From assembly GCA_964016885.1 (NCBI GenBank), contig OZ024742.1:218488001-218552000 (forward strand): DNA of 64,000 nt, written 5' to 3'. The notes under the pieces are model-generated. The model was not told the origin of the DNA, did no database searches, and was given only the letters and a program-made list of their open reading frames with translations. Made by a program: the position numbers and the translations under genes. Positions 1-8,337 of this stretch are shown piece by piece. Source of the DNA: Eledone cirrhosa. Lineage: Eukaryota. Within the stretch, counting starts at the first letter, position 1; each line of letters begins with the position of its first letter.

Positions 1-524
1 TAAAAAAAACCTTGGAAAACAAATATATATACATACATATATACGTGTTTGTGTGCCTGCGTGTGTGATCTGAGCACGAAACCGAAAACTAAAAGAAGTG
101 TAGGACAAGGGGAATAATAAGCAATTACTAGCTGGAGTCAGAACTAACATTAGAGTTATTTCCCGTGTAGTGTCATAGCAACATCAGTTTACTGCGTTTC
201 GCGTGACATAACTCTCGGCTAGTAATAATAATAATACAGAAAACTATCATGCTTCATTCAGCTTGTTAACTAACCTGGTGAGTTATAGATACTTCTCTTA
301 TTTCTTTCGGATTCTCTAATCCACTCTACGCACATTATCGATTAGGCCCTTTGTAGATTTTCAAATTTTATTTGAAATTCTTGCATTTATTTTGATATTG
401 CCATGTCGTATGATGGAATCGTAGAACTGCTGTTGTGGTATACAATGTATCTTGGGTATATAGAATTTGGAGGAATTTGTCCCTCTCCAGGCATGAATAG
501 AAACGATTTCGAGAGACAACGAAA

Positions 525-696
525 GAATGAGGGTGGTGGAGATCGACCCCCAATACTAGGCTGGTATTTCATTTTGGAAAAAATAAGAAGCAAAGTTAAC
601 ATGGGCGGAATTTGAACTAAAAAATCATAGAGAGTTGGAACGAATATCACAAGGCATTCTATCCGATATTCTAACGACTCCGCCAATCCGCCGCCT
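525..696 (-). mobile_element. Old, diverged tRNA-derived SINE copy (same family as 763-948)
   Basis: Collinear similarity to 763-948: CTGGTATTTCATTTT vs CTGGTACTTTATTTT, GCAAAGTTAACATGGGCGGAATTTGAACT vs GCAAAGTCAACCTCGGCGGGATTTGAACT, and CTAACGACTCCGCCAATCCGCCGCC vs CTACCGATACTGCCAAACCACCGCC. Left boundary approximate. Confidence 0.7.
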
Positions 697-762
697 TTTT
701 TTAGAAATTTGGATTCAAAATATAGAAGTTTCCCATTTACTGTTTTTGTAGGATATAATAAC

Positions 763-948
763 TGTTTCTACTTTAGGCACAAGGCCAGCAATTACCCAGT
801 GCATTACTGGTACTTTATTTTATCGACCCCGTAAGGATGAAAGGCAAAGTCAACCTCGGCGGGATTTGAACTCAGATCGTAAAGGGACGTAACTATGCTG
901 GAAAGCATGGCGTCCGACCCTCTACCGATACTGCCAAACCACCGCCCT
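763..948 (-). mobile_element. tRNA-derived SINE with perfect 20-bp target-site duplication
   Basis: TTTTTGTAGGATATAATAAC occurs at 743-762 and 949-968. The minus strand has a Pol III A-box-like TGGCAGTATCGG (936-925) and a B box GAGTTCAAATCC (873-862). These are followed by GCCTTTCATCCTTACGGGGTCGATAAAATAAAGTACCAG, which resembles from memory a conserved Meta/MESC-type SINE central domain. Confidence 0.9.
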
Positions 949-1061
949 TTTTTGTAGGATATAATAACGATGTCAAATGTGAAGTAAAATAACAGGCACA
1001 TGTATTTCTCACACACTCACAAAAAACAAACATATATACAGTCACGCACAAACACACACAT

Positions 1062-1121
1062 ATCATCATCATCATCATCATCATCATCATTATCATCATC
1101 ATCATCATCATCATCATCATC
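1062..1121. repeat. (ATC)n microsatellite, about 20 units
   Basis: Directly visible, one substitution. It explains the poly-Met ORF 893..1120. Confidence 0.98.
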
Positions 1122-1440
1122 TATGTGAATGATCACAGCTGAAATGTCCTTGAATATTCCTGCTCAGTCTAACTTGACTGTGTACACTAAACAACAACTA
1201 TAATAAATACCAATTGAGGATGTAAAGGAAAATCTAATCAATATGATGTGTACATAATTAAGCAGCCAGTTTTAGTTACATAAACTGTTACCTGTCTATT
1301 TGATTGATAGAATTAGCTGCCGGCTACTTCAGTCTGTTTGTGTAGTAAAGATTATGCCTGTAAAACAATCTGATTTATTTAATCAAGAATTCTGATACAC
1401 AGCAGAATCCATTCTCCCACTTTAGTTATTTTTTTAAGTA

Positions 1441-1625
1441 TTGGCCAAATACCGGTTGCTCTCTGATAGGTTTGCGGTTGAGCCCATAGCAGTGGAGACT
1501 TCTGGTGTCCTTGGCCTTAGGAGTTGGCAACCCACAGGTGTGAGCCTCACAAGCTGGAATGGCTCTTCCAATGCGTCTCCCTCACCATCCTTTGGGGAAA
1601 CGCCTTCTCTTTTCTGTCGGCCAGA
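1441..1625 (+). mobile_element. C-terminal restriction-like endonuclease (RLE) fragment of a CRE-like non-LTR retrotransposon, frameshifted
   Basis: KYRLLSDRFAVEPIAVETSGVLG followed in another frame by LEWLFQCVSLTILWGNAFSFL. This matches the KY...PIAVETxG...LFQRxSLAIxRGNA pattern of RLE-bearing early-branching non-LTR elements. Confidence 0.7.
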
Positions 1626-1639
1626 TTAGTGGGTGAAGA

Positions 1640-1732
1640 AGAGCCAAATAATTCCAGTGGAAAGAAGCTGCAGCAGAGGAAGACCAAAGAATACCTGGAT
1701 GGAAGTGGTGAGAGCTGATCTCAGAACTGAAG
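1640..1732 (+). mobile_element. RTE-clade LINE 3' end, first half (interrupted by insertion)
   Basis: Translates PVERSCSRGRPKNTWMEVVRADLR, the RGRPxxxW...DL C-terminus of RTE ORFs. Homologous to about 4565-4625. Confidence 0.75.
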
Positions 1733-2415
1733 TCAACTGCACTAGCTCTCTGCTACTCAGCAGCCGAGTATGCATGCTCAGTATGGGAGCGAGCTATCCA
1801 TGTCCAGAAGCTAGATCCTGCCCTCAATGCTACCTGCTGCCTCATCATAGGCTGCCTGAAATCTATACCTACGGACTGTCTGCATATCCTGGCAGGTATA
1901 GCCCCACCAGAGATATGACATAGTGCAGCAAGCAAGGAAGAGCATCAACAATAAACCATGTCCCAGCCAAAAGCTGCCTTAAATCCAGGAAAAGTTTCCT
2001 AAAGAGCGTCACACCCCTTGAAACATCAAATATAAGTAGTGAAAGAGTCACTCACTGGGAAGAAAAACTTAACAAACTTCCATCAGTAACAACAATGGGG
2101 CTAAAGGTGAGTGAGACACTGCCTCATGGAGCAGATACAAATTATGCAGTGTGGAAATGCCTCAACAGATTAAGATATGGTGCTGGTTGTGCAAAAGCCA
2201 ATCTGGGGATATTTAAAGGATGGGGACGTTGTGTGTGACTGCGGCATCAAACCACAGACTATGCAGCACCTCCTGATTTGCCCTCTACTGGAACACCCCT
2301 GCACAGCATTGAAATTGGCAGAGTTTAATGAGAAAGGACAGCAATGTGTACAGCTGTGGCGGAACAACATCTAACCAAGCGTTGTAGCCGACACTCTTGT
2401 GGACACACTAAGAAG
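1733..2415 (+). mobile_element. 5'-truncated Vingi/Ingi-like (I-group) LINE fragment
   Basis: My translation gives STALALCYSAAEYACSVWER...LIIGCLKSIPTDCLHILAGIAPPEI*...CLKSRKSF...WKCLNRLRYG. After a frameshift it continues WGYLKDGDVVCDCGIKPQTMQHLLICP (CxC-H-C zinc knuckle), with a short AAGAAG tail. Flanked by ACTGAAG (1726-1732) and ACTAAAG (2416-2422). Confidence 0.8.
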
Positions 2416-2422
2416 ACTAAAG

Positions 2423-2538
2423 CTCACAGAGGAGATGACAAAGGAACACAAGTGGAGAGATGCTGTACAGAGAAGGATCTGTCCATCCCATGCAAGCGTG
2501 GAATAACAGACATAAAATAATTATGATAATAATGATGA
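2423..2538 (+). mobile_element. RTE-clade LINE 3' end, second half with degenerate (TGA/TAA)n tail
   Basis: GAGATGACAAAGG...AAGTGGAGAGATGCTGT...CCATCCCATGCAAGCGTGGAA closely matches 4636-4710 (GAGATGACGAAGG...AAGTGGAGAGATGCTGT...CAACCCATGCAAGCATGGAA). Confidence 0.8.
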
Positions 2539-2581
2539 CACACACATACACACACACACAGCACATACACACACACACACA
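2538..2581. repeat. Imperfect (CA)n microsatellite
   Basis: Directly visible. Confidence 0.9.
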
Positions 2582-2605
2582 TATATATTTATTTATTTAT
2601 AAATA

Positions 2606-4738
2606 CTAAGACCTTTTCCGGGAAGAATGTCCTGCCCAACACAAGTTGGTTAGTGACATCAGAACAGATACAAGATGGAACAAGATACACAGGAAAATAT
2701 GGAGACGGAAGGTTTGGATACATATAACATAGATGACAATTGGGAAATCTTACATGACAACCTATTGCAAACTACTGATGAAATTTGTGGCTAGAGCAAA
2801 GCACCAACCAGACAGAGAGTGACCTGATGGTGGAACAGCACAGTGGATAGAACGATTAAAGTTAAGAGACAGGCATGGAAAGACTGGAAAAATGGGGTTA
2901 GCAGAGTCTAGTACTAGGTAGCTAAGTGAGAAGCTAGACGATGGGTATACACAGCTCAGAGAGAGGCTGAAAAGAGAAAGTTTGTGAATGTCTTGAGATA
3001 TGAGGATCAGAGACGTGAAGTGTTCTGCATTGCAAGTCAGTGTGTCAGTGTAAATCAGGATGTTGTTGGGGAAAGATGTGTTGGAAATGACACTGGTACA
3101 CTTAGCACCACTGATGCTCAAAAGAAAGAGGCCTGGAAATGTTACTATGTGAGATTGATGAATGTAAAGAATGCATGTGAGGAAGAGAAACTACCCCCAA
3201 CTTATCCAACAGAAGGACAGTTATAGGGTCAAAGAAGCAATCAAAGAAATGAAGAATGGTAAAGATGCGGGACGACCATCAGAGATAATTGCTGAGATGC
3301 TAAAAGCATTGGGAGAAGTAGGAGTCAAACTAGTAACTCGCATAGTCAATCGGGTAATATAGGATGGAGTCATACCCAATGACTGATACAGCAGTTCAAT
3401 CATAAATTGCTACAAAGATGAAGGTGATGCTATAGAAAGTAGCAACTATAGAAGAATAAAACTAAAGGACCAAGATATGAAGGTGACATCTAATTAGGGA
3501 AAGGGCAAAATTAGACAAGATGTAGTTTGGTTTAATGCCTGGGAAAAGTACTACAGATGCTTTCTTTTTAGTGAGGCAACTACAAGAGATGTTCCTAGCC
3601 AAGAATAGGCTGCTATATTTAGCTTTTGTTGATCTAGAAAAGGCCTTTAACAGAGGACCTTCATTGTTTATCTGGTGGTCCTTCAAGAAATTAGGTGTAG
3701 AAGAGTGGTTTGTGAGAGCAGTGCAAGCCATGTACAGAAGAGCTGTCAGTAAAGTGAGAGTAGGAAGTGAGTTCAGGGTACAGGCTGGAGTTCATCAAGA
3801 TTCGATTCTTAGCCCACAGATATTCATCATAGTTCTCCAGGTCATAACAGAGGAGTTTAAAACTAGCTGTCCATTGGAACTTATCTAGGAAGTTGATCTG
3901 GTCCTTATAGCCAAATCCATAAAAGAACTATAGAATAAGTTCCAACTATGGAAACAGAATTTGGAATCAAAAGATCTGAGTAAACTTAGCTAAAATTAAA
4001 GTGCTAGTAAGTAGAAAAGAAGATAGGACTCTGATTCCCTCAGGGAAGGTGCCCTGCTCAATACGTAGAAAAAAAGTAAGGATAAACTCTATAAGATGTT
4101 CACAATGTAAATCTTGGGTACACAAGAGATGTAGTGGGATAACAGGCAGACTAACAGGAAGGGAAGATTAATTAGCAACAGAGGAGGGTGTTCTGACAGC
4201 ATAAAAGTTAGAATAAGGATAGGATGGAAGAAGTTTAGAGAGCTACTCCCACTGTTGATAACAAAAGGTTTCTCCCTGCGTACAAAAGGTTGACTGTATG
4301 ATGCCTGTGTGCAAAGTGTGATGCTGCATGGTAGTGAAACAGGGACAGTGACTGCAGAGAATGTGTGTAGACAGGAGAGAAATGAAGCAGCCATGCTTTG
4401 TTGGATGTGCAACATAAATGTGTGAGAAAGGCAGAGCTTGGATGAACTGAGAGAGAAACTAGGTTTAAGAGGAATCCAAAGTGGTGTGCAAGAGAGAAAA
4501 CTGCATTAGTATGGACATGTGATGCATATGGATGATGATTGCTAGGTGAAGATGTGCTAGGAAATCCCAGTGGGAGTAAACCAAAGTAGAGGTATACCAA
4601 GAAAGACCTGAGCAGAGGTTGTGAGAGTTGCAGAAGAGATGACGAAGGCATGCAATAAGTGGAGAGATGCTGTGCTGAAAAGACCCATCCAACCCATGCA
4701 AGCATGGAAAAACGGACATCAAAATGATGATGATGATA
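2606..4738 (+). mobile_element. Degenerate 5'-truncated RTE-clade LINE (reverse transcriptase pseudogene)
   Basis: RT motifs occur in order but are broken by stops and frameshifts: VKEAIKEMKNGKDAG..IIAEMLKALG (3226-3320), GVIPND*, FGLMPGKSTTDAFFLVRQLQE..LYLAFVDLEKAF (3525-3650), GVHQDSILSP. The YADD motif is destroyed (TAG GAA GTT GAT, about 3886). TKGxLYDACVQSVMLHGSET (about 4280-4340) follows, and the element ends in a (TGA)n tail at 4725-4736. Confidence 0.92.
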
Positions 4739-4901
4739 TGTGTGTGGGTGTGTGAGTGACTTTATCATTTAATTCAATAAAAATATTTTTGATATTCCAA
4801 AGGTGATGAACAAACAGAGATTGCATACTGTAAATTATATTAACAGATGTTATATTTCATGAAATGCATTATATATTGGCTACACATGCATACATACATG
4901 T

Positions 4902-5200
4902 GATCATCATTTTACCTCCATCTTCCATTGCTGGCATGAGTGGGACATGTTGTCATTGACTGAGACCAGACTAGTCAAAGCAACCAATCTTACTCATTAC
5001 ACACCATATTTAGCATGGTTTCCATGCCTTGTTGTCCTTCCTAATGCCAACCATTTTACAGAGTTTATTGGTTGTTTTTTTTTTTTGTGACACCAGCACT
5101 ACTACTTTACAGATTGAACTGGGTGTGTTTTATTGTGGCACCAGCATTGACACTTTACAGAGTGTACTGAGTGCATTTTATCATGCACTAGCACTAGTGA
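4902..5200 (-). mobile_element. Antisense decayed element with RTE-like 3' tail and three imperfect 45-50-bp internal repeats
   Basis: 4902-4945 (ATCATCATTTTACCTCCATCTTCCATTGCTGGCATGAGTGGGA) resembles the reverse complement of the RTE tail at 4685-4736. 5054-5196 holds three copies of TTTACAGA..T..TG.GTG..TTT....GCACCAGCA. Confidence 0.55.
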
Positions 5201-5359
5201 GGTTGTCATATGCTAGACCAGATTGAAGAGCCCTGTTAGACCCTACATTTTCTTTTTTCAATTGCCAAACATTGTAACCTTTGGTTGCTTACTACAATTA
5301 CCTTTAGTATCACACTGGTTGTGCTGGTGGATTGGTGTTTTGTATTATGGCATATCACC

Positions 5360-5420
5360 AGTCAGTCTGGTCTTTTGTCATCTCCTTCATGAGGTTCAGT
5401 TTCTTGAGCTCATTCATCAC
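5360..5420 (-). mobile_element. Short antisense RTE 3'-end fragment
   Basis: TCTTTTGTCATCTCCTTCATGAGGTT (5371-5396) resembles the reverse complement of 2420-2445 (AAGCTCACAGAGGAGATGACAAAGGA). Confidence 0.5.
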
Positions 5421-6180
5421 TACTTTATTTCATGTCATGTCTTGCAGCATTACAATTCAAAATGCATGCATCATATAATCTGTCCTTCTCTATTGAGTAT
5501 TTATCTGTTTATATGTAAGAGCATGCTGTAATATCACCTCTATAATGTCACAAATGAGAAATACAAGTATCTAACTAAAGTACAAAAATAATGTGTGGGT
5601 TTGTATAAAGTGAAAATATGTGTTTATGTGAAAGTTGTGTAACGTTTAAACAGGAAGTTATTTTTTATGTTGTATCATGTAGTTAGTTGTTTAAGCACTT
5701 CAAGAACACACAACATAAAATGAAAGGAATGTAAATGATATCAACCCCATAGCTGCAAAGAAAAATGTTGGAAAGAAACAAGAGATATGTTGTCACTTTT
5801 TTAAAGATGCTTATCCTGCTAATTCTTGGAAAATAGGATTTTTAAGAGCTAGAATTCTTTACTTGTCTTGATGGTCAATGTGTCAATTTAAAGACCATCT
5901 AGTATTTCCTGGATAGAATTGAATCTCTTATTCAGAGTACAAACTGATAATTCAGAGTGAATTACTTCTAAAAAGAACTGGTTATGTAATCAACACATCA
6001 TAGTTAGTTCTTATAGTATGTTGTATTTGCATATTGGTTTGTCAAGGTTGATTCTGACAACATATCTTATTCAGAGATAGTGATTAAATGAATTCACAAT
6101 ATTTGCATGTTGGTTTGGTAGAGTTAATTCTGGCAAGAATTAGTGATCGGCACATCTTAGTAATTACTCTATATATACTA

Positions 6181-7181
6181 CTAGCAGTAAAGCCCGGCGT
6201 TGCTCGGGGTCGCTCAGTAGCTGTGTTAAAGTTACAATGTTAAGTTTCTTTCTTGGCTTAAAAACTGTAGTGTCTACTGTGCAGACTTGCATGTGGTGTT
6301 TTTGATTAATATTCCCTCAACCAACAATATGCCTTATGAAGTTAAGAAAACATAACGATAACCCGAATGTTATAACAAAAGAGGATGCTGGGGATAGAAA
6401 CTGCACTGGTTATTTATTAACAAAGATCGAAAATGTAAACACTGCAACGCAGAGAAAAACATTAGCGTAACCAAATTATCAGTTATGTCTGTCTGCACGC
6501 CTATATCACCTCTCTGCACGACTGTCTGTCTGCACGCCTATATCACCTCTCTGCACGACTGTCTGTCTGCACGCCTATATCACCTCTCTGCACGACTGTC
6601 TGTCTGCACGCCTATATCACCTCTCTGCACGACTGTCTGTCTGCACGCCTATATCACCTCTCTGCACGACTGTCTGTCTGCACGACTGTCTGTCTGCACG
6701 ACTGTCTGTCTGCACGCCTAACGACGAAATATTTGCTTGTTTTACGTAGTCTTTAAATAGACTTGTTTTCAAGTAAAAATATTGTTTTAAAATGCTTTTA
6801 AATGGAAATGAAGCAAAACGGAAGCTTAGTGTTCGAACTGATGAATTTTGCAGGTCAATATTTTGCTGGCTCGACAACTGTTCGTGTATTGTGTTAATGT
6901 AATTTTAAACGCTGAGAAAGCCAGCGTAATTTTTTACGTAAGACGCTCAATGTAAACAGAACAAAGGGAAATAACTGATAACTTACGCTCAAAAATCGAT
7001 ACATTATATTCGATTTCGTCACATAGGGCGGGTCAATTTGAAATATTTTTTTTCCGATGTCTTCGCTAGGGCTCAATGTACATGTATAGCAATTTCGGTG
7101 CAATTCCGTCAGAGATTCTAAGAGGAGATGTGTGCCAAAAATCGATAGACAGACAGACAACCTCAGTTTTATATATATAGA
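6181..7181 (-). mobile_element. Non-autonomous Helitron, 1001 bp, both termini intact
   Basis: The minus strand starts TC (TCTATATATATAAAACTGAGGTTGTCTGTCTGTC, from 7181) and ends CTAG (6184-6181). A GC-rich hairpin CCCGAGCAACGCCGGG (6208-6193) lies 8 nt before the CTAG. It is inserted between A and T with no TSD, and has no Rep/helicase ORF. Confidence 0.88.
6486..6720. repeat. 37-bp minisatellite (5 identical copies) plus 16-bp sub-repeats inside the Helitron
   Basis: GTCTGCACGCCTATATCACCTCTCTGCACGACTGTCT starts at 6491, 6528, 6565, 6602 and 6639. It is followed by about 3 copies of GTCTGCACGACTGTCT. Confidence 0.97.
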
Positions 7182-7261
7182 TTGTATTTTCTCACATAAT
7201 ATCGAATCTATGAGATTTCGATATTATTTATTTTGAGAACAATATCTTAACATCAGTATTA

Positions 7262-7343
7262 GTGGCTGGTTACAGCCGGTTTGAACTGAAAAAGGTGAGA
7301 GAATTCTGGCCGGATACAGCCAGTTTAAATGCTAAAGGGTTAA
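7262..7343. mobile_element. Single piggyBac-like terminus (possible MITE end)
   Basis: ...TTTAAATGCTAAAGGG|TTAA (reverse complement TTAA|CCCTTTAGCATTTAAA) fits the piggyBac CCY terminus plus TTAA target. An imperfect subterminal palindrome GGCTGGTTACAGCCGG...CTGGCCGGATACAGCCAG is present. I found no partner TIR in the window. Confidence 0.45.
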
Positions 7344-7576
7344 TAGGGCATGAGTCTTGTCTAAAAAAAAACAAGGTCTGAAATTGACAAAAGTAGGTTC
7401 CACGAAAAGATGCCTTCTAAATTTAGTGCTGGTACTGCACCAAAAAGGTATGATAGGTTGTTAACTTTTGATTGGTCTAAATTTGTCTCAAGAAGAAGGT
7501 TTCAAAAGTAGTCAATCTGAACTGTTGTTACAGCTGATGAAATAAAACATCAAGAGACAATAAAGTTGAGGATCAG

Positions 7577-7600
7577 GATGATGATGATGATGATGATGAT
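7577..7600. repeat. (GAT)8 microsatellite
   Basis: Directly visible. Confidence 0.95.
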
Positions 7601-8108
7601 GTAGCAAAGATGATGAGGTTTGTGTTTTCTTTTATAACTGTTGTTACCATTTTATCATTGAATTTCATTCTTAGAAGGTAACATTGTTGAACCACATAGA
7701 GATTTATTAATTTTAATCATCAAATTATTTCCATCTTTAGATTATTGTTTTGTTCATGATTTTCATCTTTATGATTTCTTTGCTTAAATTTCCTCCTATT
7801 CCTTTTTGTTTATATTTTTGTTTGCCTTTTTCTGATTCCATTTCTACTTGTCTTGTTCTGGCTCTATTTCTGTTTTGTGTCTTGTTAAGGCACATGCTTA
7901 GTGGTTTCAGTGTTCAACTTATGATTGTAAGGTTAAAAGTTTGAATACGCCAAAACTACACCTGATGTACCCCTTCCATACACATGCACACATGTGTGTA
8001 TTATGACTCATGCACTGATCATTTTCCTGATGTTTGTACATTACCCTATGTACTATACATACACTTTTTGATGAGTTGTAGTGCACCTGATCACTGTACA
8101 CAATATTA

Positions 8109-8109
<1 letters not shown>

Positions 8110-8149
<40 letters not shown>

Positions 8150-8157
8150 TATTATAT
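8110..8157. repeat. (ATT)n microsatellite, about 12 perfect units plus degenerate end
   Basis: Directly visible. It explains the poly-Ile and poly-Leu ORFs 7984..8235 and 8081..8278. Confidence 0.95.
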
Positions 8158-8169
8158 TCTTGCATTATA

Positions 8170-8337
8170 TTCTTGCTCCAGTCCACTCAGCTGGCAAACA
8201 TTAGTTCTACTTGTAATTCAAGGAACCAGCCTTGACATACAATGTGTCACACTGAATCTCCCTGACAGCTACCATTAAGGGTGCACAAGTATGTGGAATG
8301 CATAGCCACTTAAATGTTAACTTCACAAGCAGGCTGT
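8170..8337 (+). mobile_element. Diverged SINE-like interspersed repeat fragment abutting the satellite
   Basis: TTGCTCCAGTCCACTCAGCTG resembles a SINE central-domain motif. The downstream CCAGCCTTG...CTGAATCTCCCTGA...TTAAGGGT...AGCAGGCTGT resembles an abundant octopus repeat as I recall it (unverified). Confidence 0.5.

Noticed and set aside
862-948. tRNA gene
   Set aside because: A and B boxes are present, but I see no cloverleaf and the sequence is embedded in a TSD-flanked SINE.
2762-4768. ORFs 2984..3226, 3171..3362, 3535..3888 and antisense ORFs as genes
   Set aside because: They are pieces or antisense shadows of the disrupted RTE LINE, whose catalytic YADD motif is destroyed.
6025-6137. 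Imperfect approximately 37-bp direct repeat (TATTTGCATATTGGTTTG.. / TATTTGCATGTTGGTTTG..)
   Set aside because: Only two diverged copies in AT-rich DNA, most likely an old local duplication with nothing further to support.
368-8278. Remaining short ORFs (60-120 aa) in the flank
   Set aside because: They have no recognisable domains, and most overlap microsatellites or TE remnants.
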